In this document: in pieces, positions 1 to 7,489 of the stretch
How the letters are laid out: each line of letters starts with the position of its first letter
Numbering within the stretch: the first letter of the stretch is position 1
From: Candidatus Methylomirabilia bacterium
GTDB taxonomy: Bacteria; Methylomirabilota; Methylomirabilia; Rokubacteriales; CSP1-6
DNA length: 13,184 bases
Assembly: GCA_041497895.1 (NCBI GenBank)
Contig: JBGQHJ010000133.1
Location: 1 to 13,184 of the forward strand
Direction of reading: 5' to 3'
Translations under genes and position numbers: made by a program
Notes under the pieces: generated by a model
Told to the model about the DNA's origin: nothing
Seen by the model: only the letters and a program-made list of their open reading frames with translations
The model's database searches: none

Positions 1-237
1 GGGCGTGTCGACGAGGCGCTGGCGAAGGTGGAGGAGGCGCTCCGGATCGATCCCGGCTATATCCACGCCCACTGGGACCGGACGCAGTACCTCTTCTACG
101 GCAAGCGGGATTTCCCCGGGACGGTCAAGGCGGGGGAGGCGTTCCTGCGAGTTCTCCCCAAGGGAGCGGACGCCGACAACGTGCGTCGGCTGATGGCGGA
201 AGCTCAAGCCCAGACCGCCAAGCCCCGGAGCAACTAG
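1..237 (+). CDS. C-terminal part of a tetratricopeptide-repeat (TPR) protein, 5'-truncated by the window
   Basis: Frame 1 is open from base 1: GRVDEALAKVEEALRIDPGYIHAHWDRTQYLFYGKRDFPGTVKAGEAFLRVLPKGADADNVRRLM...; TPR pattern 'EAL...EEALRIDP....AH'. Stop TAG at 235-237. A CcmH/CycH-like role is only a guess from context. Confidence 0.8.
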   Translation, partial: GRVDEALAKVEEALRIDPGYIHAHWDRTQYLFYGKRDFPGTVKAGEAFLRVLPKGADADNVRRLMAEAQAQTAKPRSN

Positions 238-240
238 CCC

Positions 241-281
241 TGGGGCGCGACGTCCTCACCCTGTGGCGTCGGCGGGCCACA
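241..281. promoter_or_regulatory. Tandem palindromic upstream sites (putative activator/UAS sites), copy 1
   Basis: TGGGG-cgcgacgt-CCTCA (241-258) and TGTGG-N10-CCACA (262-281), starting 110 and 89 bp upstream of the GG of a sigma-54 motif; same motif family recurs at 2932-2988 and 9271-9308. Confidence 0.6.
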
Positions 282-322
282 GTGGTGGGGCTCCATTCGA
301 CGAGCCGGAGTAACACCGCGAG

Positions 323-335
323 GTTCAATCGCTTT
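323..335 (+). promoter_or_regulatory. Weak IHF-like site
   Basis: GTTCAAtcgcTTT versus consensus WATCAANNNNTTR; lies between the palindromes and the -24 element, as at the other two loci. Confidence 0.35.
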
Positions 336-349
336 CGGCCCTGCCCGCG

Positions 350-365
350 CGGCATTTGGTTTGCA
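350..365 (+). promoter_or_regulatory. Sigma-54 (RpoN) -24/-12 promoter for 392..1368
   Basis: cGGCATTtggtTTGCA: GG 351-352, exactly 10 nt, GC 363-364 (consensus TGGCACG-N4-TTGCW); SD-like GAGGTG at 380-385 and ATG at 392 follow. Confidence 0.75.
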
Positions 366-391
366 TCGACCCGTCTCCAGAGGTGACGATC

Positions 392-727
392 ATGGACTGG
401 CCGATCGGGTACGACGGCGACGTACGGGGGTTGGCTGAGAATGCGGCGACCGCCTACTGGTGGTGGCCGCTCTTGGCCTGGGTCGCCGGTGTCGTGATCC
501 TGCTTGTCCTTGTCGTGCTGGTGACCGGGCTACCCGTGCGCCGCCGCTTCTGGTGCGCACAGGCCGGGCGCGAGGTCGACGTGGCGTTCGAGGAGGATGG
601 GCTACCCGGCGCCCGCCGATTCATCGCGGTGGTGAGCTGTACCGCCTTCGAGCCTTCCACCCATGTGCGATGCCATCGCGAGTGTCTCGACCACGAGGTC
701 TCAAGTCTCGAACTCCGTACACCGTGA
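392..727 (+). CDS. Small single-pass membrane protein with C-terminal C-x27-C-x10-C-x3-C domain (hypothetical, putative metal/Fe-S binding), 111 aa
   Basis: ATG 392 after GAGGTG; hydrophobic stretch WWWPLLAWVAGVVILLVLVVLVTGL followed by RRR; FWC...VVSC...VRCHRECLD. Stop overlaps the next start (TGATG at 725-729). A decayed paralogue at 9118-9273 conserves the same motifs. Confidence 0.8.
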   Translation: MDWPIGYDGDVRGLAENAATAYWWWPLLAWVAGVVILLVLVVLVTGLPVRRRFWCAQAGREVDVAFEEDGLPGARRFIAVVSCTAFEPSTHVRCHRECLDHEVSSLELRTP

Positions 728-1368
728 TGAGGAGGGTCGGCGTCGGGGCCCTGGGCGTTCTTCTCGTCCTGATCGTGTCATCCGGCCTTCTCGTCGGGAG
801 CCACGCGCAGACACCGCTGCCGCCCGGTCATCCCCCGGTGGGCAAGGGTGAACCGGGCCCCCCGATTCCCGGCCCCCCGCTCGGTAGTGGAAGCGGCAGC
901 CAGGGGCTCACGTGGACGGCGCCGTCGGGCTGGACCAAGGAGACGCCCTCGTCTCCGATGCGGCGCGCCCAGTATCGCGTTCCGGGTCCGGGTGGCCCCG
1001 GGGAGTGCGTGGTGTTCTACTTCGGGCCCGGGCAGGGGGGCGACGCGAAGACGAACGCGGCTCGCTGGGCCGGTCAGTTTCGGCGGCCGGACGGCAGTCC
1101 GGTCGGCGATGGCTACACGATGCGGGAGACGAAGGTGGGCGATCTCTCCGTCCTCTTGGTAGAGGTCACGGGCACCTACGTGGGCGGGATGGGCGGTGGC
1201 CCCGTCGGCCCGGAGCGCCCGAGCTACATGCTGCTGGGTGCCATCGCCGACGGACCCGACGCCAAGTGGTTCTTCCGGGCCATCGGTCCCCGGGCGACGC
1301 TCGAAGCGCAGCGGTCGGCCTTCGACCGCATGATCCGTTCGCTCAAGCGAGGCCAGAATACCAGCTAG
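727..1368 (+). CDS. Secreted/periplasmic hypothetical protein with N-terminal LPPGHPP motif, 213 aa
   Basis: ATG 727 coupled to the upstream stop; signal peptide MRRVGVGALGVLLVLIVSSGLLVGSHA|Q; Pro-rich LPPGHPP segment, then a globular domain (P.GW..E.PSSPMR.AQY...VVFYF..GQGG...N..RW..QF ... WFF...GP). The 460 start in the ORF track is an upstream extension overlapping the previous gene. Confidence 0.85.
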   Translation: MRRVGVGALGVLLVLIVSSGLLVGSHAQTPLPPGHPPVGKGEPGPPIPGPPLGSGSGSQGLTWTAPSGWTKETPSSPMRRAQYRVPGPGGPGECVVFYFGPGQGGDAKTNAARWAGQFRRPDGSPVGDGYTMRETKVGDLSVLLVEVTGTYVGGMGGGPVGPERPSYMLLGAIADGPDAKWFFRAIGPRATLEAQRSAFDRMIRSLKRGQNTS

Positions 1369-1393
1369 CGGCGACCCGCTTCGCGGCTAGCGG

Positions 1394-1402
1394 TGGTACG
1401 GT
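1394..1402 (+). promoter_or_regulatory. Extended -10 element (TGgTACGGT), putative leaderless promoter of the Crp/Fnr gene
   Basis: TG 1394-1395, TACGGT 1397-1402, ATG begins 7 nt later at 1409; no Shine-Dalgarno sequence. Confidence 0.45.
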
Positions 1403-1408
1403 CGTGCC

Positions 1409-2194
1409 ATGGCGACGAGGGCCAGAGGCAAGCGTGGGCCGGCGACGGCGAAGGCAGCGGCTCCGGCCCGCGATGCGTTCCGGGAAGACCCGCTCGGCCG
1501 GTCGGCGCACTTCGGTCTCCTCCCTGCGGCCGAGCGGCGACGGCTTCTCGGGCACAGCACGGAGCGCGTCCTGAGGGAAGGGGAGGTCCTGTTCACGGCG
1601 GGAGAGCCGTGCCGCGGCCTGTACCTCCTGGTGGAAGGCCAAGTCGAGATGCGTCAGCTCTCGCCCCGCGGGCGAGAGCAGGTGCTCCACTCGGAGGGGC
1701 CCGGCGCAACCCTCGGCGAGGCGCCCCTGTTCGATCGGGGGGGATACGTGGCTTCCGCGATCGCCACCGCGCCCACGCGAGCCCTCTTCGTTCCCGGGCC
1801 GGCGGTGATCGCCTTGTTCCGAAGGTACCCGGCGGTGGCCCTGTCGCTGCTGGAGACCATGGCGCGTCGCGTCCGGCACTTCGCGGACCTGGCGGAAAGC
1901 CTCACCTTCCGTCCGGTGCACGAGCGGCTGGCGCACTACATCGTCAGGGCCGCCGGCGGGTCCGGGCACCGGATCCCGGCCGGGCTCACGGTGGATCTCG
2001 CCCTCACACAGGAGCAGCTCGCGGCCCGCGTCGGCACCGTTCGCGAGCTGGTGGCGCGTGCCTTGTCGCAGCTCGAGAAGAGCGGGGTGATCGCGCGCGA
2101 TCGCTCGCGCATCACGATCCGAGATCCGGTGGCGCTGGCCCGCCTCGCTCGCGGCGCGGAAGAGCCGACCCGCGCCCGCGGCGGTGTGATGTAA
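1409..2194 (+). CDS. Crp/Fnr-family transcriptional regulator (Dnr/HcpR/NnrR-like; no FNR Cys cluster)
   Basis: cNMP-type sensor domain (LREGEVLFTAGEPCRGLYLLVEGQV...GREQVL...GPGATLGEAPLF) and Crp HTH (LTQEQLAARVGTVRELVARALSQLEKSGVI). Only one Cys. Confidence 0.95.
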   Translation: MATRARGKRGPATAKAAAPARDAFREDPLGRSAHFGLLPAAERRRLLGHSTERVLREGEVLFTAGEPCRGLYLLVEGQVEMRQLSPRGREQVLHSEGPGATLGEAPLFDRGGYVASAIATAPTRALFVPGPAVIALFRRYPAVALSLLETMARRVRHFADLAESLTFRPVHERLAHYIVRAAGGSGHRIPAGLTVDLALTQEQLAARVGTVRELVARALSQLEKSGVIARDRSRITIRDPVALARLARGAEEPTRARGGVM

Positions 2195-2200
2195 GTCATA
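2185..2200. promoter_or_regulatory. CRP/HcpR-type binding box overlapping the regulator's stop codon
   Basis: TGTGA-tgtaag-TCATA, 9/10 match to TGTGA-N6-TCACA, AT-rich in a GC-rich background; centre 2192.5, with a -10-like CATGCT at 2222-2227 (class II geometry). Confidence 0.75.
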
Positions 2201-2258
2201 GATTCGATCGGCCCCGGCCTTCATGCTGGCTGGTATCCGATTCCAACGGGAGGCAATC

Positions 2259-2918
2259 ATGTGGAGAGCAACCGTGGCCGTCGGGCTCGGCGTCGCACTT
2301 GTGGGAGCCGCGCCCGCCGTCTTCGCGGCAGATCCGCCCGCCGGGCAGAGCCCGTCGCATCAGCACGACGCCCCGGGCGCGTCCGGGGCGGACAAGCACG
2401 CCGAGCACATGCGCCAGCACATGGAGATGATGCGCGAGGCGAAGGCGGGCGGGCCGACGATGCCCGGCCAGGACGCCTTCGGCGCCATCGCCGAGGTCGT
2501 CAGGATCCTCGAGGCCGATCCCGCCACCGACTGGAGCAAGGTGGATATCGAGCGGCTGCGCCAGCATCTCATCGACATGAACGAGGTCGTGCTGCGCGCG
2601 GCCGTCAAGCAGGCGCCCGTTCCCGGTGGCCTCGCCATGGAGATCACCGGCGCGGGGCGCACCGAGCAGGCCATCGGCGCGATGGTGGTGCCGCACGCGG
2701 TCGAGCTCGACGGCATGCCGGACTGGTCGGCCCGGACCGAGACCATCCCGGGCGGCGTCCGCCTCACGGTGGTCGCGAGGAAGCCCGAGGCCGCGGCGGG
2801 CGTCGCGCGCATCCGTGGGCTCGGCTTCGCGGGCCTGATCACCGAAGGGGCGCACCACCAGGCGCATCACCTGGCGATGGCCCGGGGCGAGGCGCTCGGC
2901 CACACCCACACGCACTGA
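2259..2918 (+). CDS. His/Met-rich secreted hypothetical protein (putative metal- or haem-binding), 219 aa
   Basis: SD GGGAGG 2248-2253, ATG 2259; signal peptide ending AVFA|A; HQH...KHAEHMRQHMEMM N-terminal region; core PGQDAFGAIAEVV..LEADP.TDWSKVDI..LRQHLIDM; C-terminal GLGFAG...GAHHQAHHLAMARG...HTHTH. Confidence 0.88.
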   Translation: MWRATVAVGLGVALVGAAPAVFAADPPAGQSPSHQHDAPGASGADKHAEHMRQHMEMMREAKAGGPTMPGQDAFGAIAEVVRILEADPATDWSKVDIERLRQHLIDMNEVVLRAAVKQAPVPGGLAMEITGAGRTEQAIGAMVVPHAVELDGMPDWSARTETIPGGVRLTVVARKPEAAAGVARIRGLGFAGLITEGAHHQAHHLAMARGEALGHTHTH

Positions 2919-2931
2919 GGCCGCGCCGTGG

Positions 2932-2988
2932 TGGGACACCGCTATCCCACCGGGGCGGCCCGGCCTCACTCCGAGGCGGCCCGCCGCA
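2932..2988. promoter_or_regulatory. Tandem palindromic upstream sites, copy 2
   Basis: TGGGA-caccgcta-TCCCA (2932-2949), CGGGG-cggcccgg-CCTCA (2951-2968) and weaker CGAGG-N7-CCGCA (2972-2988); about 20-bp periodicity. Confidence 0.6.
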
Positions 2989-2991
2989 TCG

Positions 2992-3004
2992 CAAGGGCTT
3001 GATT
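2992..3004 (-). promoter_or_regulatory. IHF binding site
   Basis: CAAgggcTTGATT is the reverse complement of AATCAAgcccTTG, a perfect WATCAANNNNTTR match, 18 nt upstream of the -24 GG. Confidence 0.65.
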
Positions 3005-3021
3005 CGGCGTGCGACGGGCGA

Positions 3022-3037
3022 TGGCATCGCGGTTGCC
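3022..3037 (+). promoter_or_regulatory. Sigma-54 -24/-12 promoter for the radical SAM gene
   Basis: TGGCATCgcggTTGCC: GG 3023-3024, 10 nt, GC 3035-3036. Confidence 0.75.
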
Positions 3038-3046
3038 TACTACCGC

Positions 3047-4078
3047 ATGACCTCGCGCCTGCGCTTCGATCAGGCTCCCCGCCGGGTGTACTGGGAGGTG
3101 ACGCGGGCGTGCGACCTCGCCTGCCATCACTGCCGCGCCGCGGCGGCGACCGCGCCGGACCCGGCCGAGCTGACGTCCGACGAGGGCTTCGGCCTCATCG
3201 ATCGGCTGGCCGCGTTCGGGGCGCCGCTGCCGCACCTCGTGCTGACGGGAGGCGATCCGCTGCGGCGGCCGGACCTCTTCGCGCTGATCGCGGCGGCGCG
3301 CGCGCGGGGCTTCGACGTCTCGGTGGCGCCGAGCGCCACGCCGCTGCTGACGCCGAAGGTGATCGCCCGGCTCAAGGCGGCCGGCGTGGACGCGGTCTCG
3401 CTCAGCCTCGACGGCTCCGATGCGACCCGGCACGACGCCATCCGGCGCATCCCCGGGTGCTTCGATCGCACGATCACCGCGGCGCGCGCCTGCGTGGTGG
3501 AGCGCCTGCCGTTCCAGATCAACACGCTGGTGAGCGAGGAGACCCTGGGCGACCTGCCCGCGATCCACGCCCTGGCCACCAAGCTCGGCGCCGCCCGCTG
3601 GAGCCTCTTCTTCCTGATCGGGGTCGGCCGCGGCGCGCTGCTTCGCCCCATCACCGCCCAGGCCTGCGAGGATCTCTTCGAGTGGCTGCTGACCCGAGCC
3701 GCGGTGCCGGGCCCGATCGTCACGACCACCGAGGCTCCGCACTTCCGACGCGTCGTGGGGAAGCCCGGACACGGGGCGGGCATCCGGGACGGCAACGGCA
3801 TCATGTTCATCTCCGACGCCGGCGAGGTTCGCCCCTCGGGATTCTTCGCGGTGGCGGCGGGCGACGTCCGGACCGCGGACCCGGTGGATCTCTATCGCCA
3901 CTCGGACCTCTTCCGCGCGCTGAGGCGACCGGATCTCTTCCGCGGCCGCTGTGGGCAGTGCGAGTGGCGCGAGGTCTGCGGGGGCTCCCGGGCGCGCGCC
4001 CTGGCCGCGGGCGACGCCCTCGGCGAGGATCCGCTCTGCCTCTACGAGCCGGGGGCGGTGGCGCGCTCGAGCGGGTGA
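3047..4078 (+). CDS. Radical SAM/SPASM protein, TIGR04053-like (NirJ/AhbC/AhbD haem-biosynthesis superfamily), 343 aa
   Basis: VYWEVTRACDLACHHCRA (CxxxCxxC), LTGGDPL, SLSLDG..HDAIR, QINT, WSLFFL...GRG, TTEAPHFRR, GIRDGNGIMFIS..GEVRPSGF and C-terminal CGQCEWREVCGGSRARA...DPLC. Start inferred at ATG 3047 (MTSRLRFDQAP). Confidence 0.92.
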   Translation: MTSRLRFDQAPRRVYWEVTRACDLACHHCRAAAATAPDPAELTSDEGFGLIDRLAAFGAPLPHLVLTGGDPLRRPDLFALIAAARARGFDVSVAPSATPLLTPKVIARLKAAGVDAVSLSLDGSDATRHDAIRRIPGCFDRTITAARACVVERLPFQINTLVSEETLGDLPAIHALATKLGAARWSLFFLIGVGRGALLRPITAQACEDLFEWLLTRAAVPGPIVTTTEAPHFRRVVGKPGHGAGIRDGNGIMFISDAGEVRPSGFFAVAAGDVRTADPVDLYRHSDLFRALRRPDLFRGRCGQCEWREVCGGSRARALAAGDALGEDPLCLYEPGAVARSSG

Positions 4079-4088
4079 CCGCCGAGGA

Positions 4089-5747
4089 TCAGGGGCGGCC
4101 CTCGATGGCGACGTCGAGCAGGAAGGGCCGCCCGGCGCCGAGCGCCCGGTCGAGCGCGGGGCGCAGCTCGCCCGGCGTGGCCACGCGCACGGCCTCCACG
4201 CCCAGCCCGCGCGCGATGTCGACGAAGCCCAGGTCGGGCGAGACGAGGTCCATGTTCGGGTAGCCGCGGTCCGGTTTGGCGCCGAAGCGCTGTCGGAAAG
4301 TATCCATGTTGTGCTTCAGGATGCGGTACTCCCGGTTGTTCAGGATCACGAAGGCGACCGCGAGGTCGTGATGGGCGGCGGTCCAGAGCGCCTGGATGCT
4401 GTACATCGCCGAGCCGTCGCCCGAGAGCGCGACGACCGGGCGGTCGGGATGGCCGAGCTTGACGCCGAGCGCGCCCGGCAGCGCCTGGCCGATCCCGCCG
4501 CCGCGCGCGCCGACGTAGTCGCCCGCGCGCTCGAACTGGACGGTGCGGGCGAGGTCGGGCCCGGCGGTGATCGATTCGTCGACGACGATGGCGTCGGGCG
4601 GCAGCGCGGCCTCGATCTCGGCCATCAGGCGCGGGACCGAGATCGGCGCGTTGTTCCAGCGCTTCGCGGCGCGGGTGCGCTGGGCCTGCGCGTCCTGGGT
4701 CTTGAGCGCCTGGAGGGCGTCGTTGCGGCTGGCCGCCGCGGCGCGGAAGCCCGGCCCGGCGCCGCGCTCCACCGCCGCCCGCAGAGCCGCGAGGGCCGCG
4801 CGCGGGTGGCTCACGAGGCCGACCGTGACCGGGAGATTGTGGGCGAGCCGCTCCGGAGAGGCCTCCACCTGGATGGCCGCGGCGCCGGGCGGGAGCGGAG
4901 AGCCGGGGGCGTACCAGACCTCCTCGAAGAACGGGCCGCCGATCAGCAGCACGACGTCCGCGTCGTCGAGCGCCCGGCGGATGGCGACCGCGTCGAAGGG
5001 CAGGCCGAGCCGGAAGTTCGGATGGCTGCTCGGCACGACCTGGTGCGCGCGGATGCCCTCGCACCAGACCGCGGCCCCGAGCAGCGAAGAGAGCGCCACG
5101 AGGTCGGCCACCGCGCTCGCGGCGTCGTCCCCCGCGACGATGACCGGGCGCCGCCCGCCGAGCAGGAGCGCGGCGGCCGCCTCGATGCCCGCCGGGTCGG
5201 GCTCGGTGGCGCGGTGGAGCCGGCCCGGGGGCAGGGGACCGAGCTCGGTCTCCTGCTCGAGCACGTCGATCGGCAGGGCGACGAACACCGGCCCCGCCGG
5301 CGGATCGGTGGCGATCTTCAGCGCACGGTGCATGATCGGCGCGAACTCGTCGGCGCGCTCGACCTGCACGCTCCACTTGGTGAGCGGCGCGGCCATCGCC
5401 ACCAGGTCGTGCCCGAGCACGGGCCCGCGCAACCGGAGGCGCGTGTCCTGCTGCCCGGCCGTCACCACCAGTGGCGCTCGGGCCTTGAAGGCGTTGTAGA
5501 GCATGCCGAGCGCGTTGCCGAGCCCCGGCGCCACGTGCACGTTGACCACCGCGGGCCGCCCGGTCGTCTGCGCGTAGTAGCTGGCCGCGCCGAGCGCCAC
5601 CCCCTCGTGCAGGGCCACGATGTAGCGGAGCTGCGGGTAGTCGAGCAAGGCGTCGAGGATGGGGCTCTCGGTGGTGCCGGGGTTGCCGAAGATGTACTCC
5701 ACCCCGTGGGCGATGAGGCTCTCCATGAAGACCTGCTTGCCGCGCAT
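4089..5747 (-). CDS. Thiamine-diphosphate-dependent enzyme, benzoylformate decarboxylase (MdlC)-like, 552 aa
   Basis: IFGNPGTTE, ALHEGVA (catalytic Glu), NVHVAPGLGNA, VVTAGQQ; ThDP motif GDGSAMYSIQALWTAAHHDLAVAFVILNN. Start MRGKQVFMESL at 5747, 5 nt after the upstream stop. Confidence 0.92.
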   Translation of the reverse strand: MRGKQVFMESLIAHGVEYIFGNPGTTESPILDALLDYPQLRYIVALHEGVALGAASYYAQTTGRPAVVNVHVAPGLGNALGMLYNAFKARAPLVVTAGQQDTRLRLRGPVLGHDLVAMAAPLTKWSVQVERADEFAPIMHRALKIATDPPAGPVFVALPIDVLEQETELGPLPPGRLHRATEPDPAGIEAAAALLLGGRRPVIVAGDDAASAVADLVALSSLLGAAVWCEGIRAHQVVPSSHPNFRLGLPFDAVAIRRALDDADVVLLIGGPFFEEVWYAPGSPLPPGAAAIQVEASPERLAHNLPVTVGLVSHPRAALAALRAAVERGAGPGFRAAAASRNDALQALKTQDAQAQRTRAAKRWNNAPISVPRLMAEIEAALPPDAIVVDESITAGPDLARTVQFERAGDYVGARGGGIGQALPGALGVKLGHPDRPVVALSGDGSAMYSIQALWTAAHHDLAVAFVILNNREYRILKHNMDTFRQRFGAKPDRGYPNMDLVSPDLGFVDIARGLGVEAVRVATPGELRPALDRALGAGRPFLLDVAIEGRP

Positions 5748-5752
5748 GCGGG

Positions 5753-7426
5753 CTACTCGTGGCTTCGCAGGATGCGCCCGGGCATGGCCCCGGTGTGCTT
5801 GCCGTCGTCGTAGAGCTGCGTGCCCGCCACGAACGTGGCCTTGATCCCCTCCGACTCCGAGACGAGGCGCCGGCCGTTGCACGGCAGGTCGTAGGCGTAG
5901 TGCGGCGTCTTCGCGGTCACGGTTGCCGGGTCGAAGAGGACCAGGTCGGCGACCTTGCCCTCCGCCAGCACGCCGCGGTCGGGGATGCCGAACACGGCGG
6001 CCGGCACCTGGGTCAGCTTGTGGACCGCCTTCTCCAGCGTGAGCACGCCGCGCCGCCGCACCCAGAGATCCAGCAGGGCGGTGGCGTAGCCCACGTCGCA
6101 GATGAAGTCGACGTGCGCGCCGCCGTCGGAGAGGCCGATCAGGCAGCGGTCGTCGGTGATGAGCCGCTCGATGCCCGCCGGATCGAAGTTGAACGTGGAG
6201 GACTGGAAGCGCGTGTCGAGGTTGTCGGCCAGTGCCAGGTCGAAGTAGGCGTCCACCGGGCGCTTGCCCTGAGCCGCCGCGATCTCCTCGATGGTGCGGC
6301 CCACGTGGGCGGCCAGCTCGGGCCGGCCCACCTCCAGCACGCGCATCTGCCCCCACATGTGGCTGCGCTTGCGGCTCTCGAGCTCCTGCCGGAAGGCCTC
6401 GCGGAACTCGGAGTCGCGGTAGAGCGCGATCTGCTCGGCGGGCGCGCGGTTGAACGCCTTCTGCCAGGAGACGAAGGAGCCGAACATGGTCGGGCTCTTG
6501 AGGTCGCCCTGGCTCATGATCGGCCGCGGCGTCACCTGGGGGATGGCCTGCTTCACCAGGTCGCCGAGCTTGGCGAAGGTCTGGTCGTGGAAGTCGGGAT
6601 CGCCCGGGTGGGCGAACAGCGCGAGCCACGTCACCGGCCGGCCACTCGCCCGCGTGATCTGGCGCAGGAGATCGACGTCGTCGTCACTCACCGCGTACAT
6701 GCCGCCCGAGTTCAGGATGATCTCGATCGCACCGCGGCCGGCGTCGCGGAGGCCCCCGACCACGCCGATCAGCTCCTCGCGGCTCGCGTTGCGGCAGGCG
6801 AGGGGACGTCCCTGGTAGCCGACGTGGTTGCGCGAGGTCGTGGTGGTGAAGCCGAAGGCCCCGGCCTCCACGGCCTCCCGGAGCAGCCGTCGCATGATCG
6901 CGATCTCGGCCGGCGTGGCCGCCCGCTCGAACGAGGCCTCGCCCATCACGTAGTGGCGGAGCGGGGTGAACGCCACCAGGCCCGCCACGTTGATGCCGAG
7001 CCCGCCGCGCCCGATCGCGTCGAGGTACTGGCCGTAGCTCTCCCACTGCCAGTCGATGCCCGCCTTCATCACGTCGTAGGGGATGGCCTCGACGTTGACC
7101 AGGTCCTGCATGAGGATCTCGCGCGTCTCGGGCCGCACCGGCGCGACGCCGACCCCGCAGTTGCCCATGACGACGGTGGTCACCCCGTGCCACGGCGAGC
7201 AGGTGAGAAGCGGATCCCAGGCGATCTGGGCGTCGTAGTGGGTGTGGGGATCCACGAAGCCCGGAGCCAGAACCAGGCCGTCGGCGTCCAGCACCCGCTC
7301 CGCGGCCTGTCCGCTGGACGGGCCCACGTACCGGATCCGGCCGCCCGCCACTCCCAGGTCGCCCATGAAGGCCGGCGCCCCCGTGCCGTCGCAGATGCGC
7401 GCGTTCCTGATCAAGAGATCGAGCAT
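5753..7426 (-). CDS. Amidohydrolase, N-acyl-D-amino-acid deacylase (D-aminoacylase) family, 557 aa
   Basis: DLLIRNARICDGTG, LAPGFVDPHTHYDAQ, HGVTTVVMGNCGVG, GLSDGGAHV, LEKAVHKLT..PA..FG..DRG.LA.G..ADLVLFDP; SD AAAGGGGAG upstream. Confidence 0.95.
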   Translation of the reverse strand: MLDLLIRNARICDGTGAPAFMGDLGVAGGRIRYVGPSSGQAAERVLDADGLVLAPGFVDPHTHYDAQIAWDPLLTCSPWHGVTTVVMGNCGVGVAPVRPETREILMQDLVNVEAIPYDVMKAGIDWQWESYGQYLDAIGRGGLGINVAGLVAFTPLRHYVMGEASFERAATPAEIAIMRRLLREAVEAGAFGFTTTTSRNHVGYQGRPLACRNASREELIGVVGGLRDAGRGAIEIILNSGGMYAVSDDDVDLLRQITRASGRPVTWLALFAHPGDPDFHDQTFAKLGDLVKQAIPQVTPRPIMSQGDLKSPTMFGSFVSWQKAFNRAPAEQIALYRDSEFREAFRQELESRKRSHMWGQMRVLEVGRPELAAHVGRTIEEIAAAQGKRPVDAYFDLALADNLDTRFQSSTFNFDPAGIERLITDDRCLIGLSDGGAHVDFICDVGYATALLDLWVRRRGVLTLEKAVHKLTQVPAAVFGIPDRGVLAEGKVADLVLFDPATVTAKTPHYAYDLPCNGRRLVSESEGIKATFVAGTQLYDDGKHTGAMPGRILRSHE

Positions 7427-7489
7427 GAGCGCTCCCCTTTCTCCACGCCTGGAGGTGAACCACCGAGGCCGACCCTGCCGGCGGCCTCA

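Noticed and set aside
2261..3046. 605-aa ORF suggesting a long N-terminal extension on the radical SAM protein
   Set aside because: The extension is Arg/Gly/Ala-rich off-frame translation overlapping the real gene 2259..2918 and a promoter region; family similarity starts at about 3047.
5748..6629. 846-aa ORF suggesting an N-terminal fusion on the ThDP enzyme
   Set aside because: It overlaps the amidohydrolase in another frame; ThDP-family sequence begins at MRGKQ (5747).
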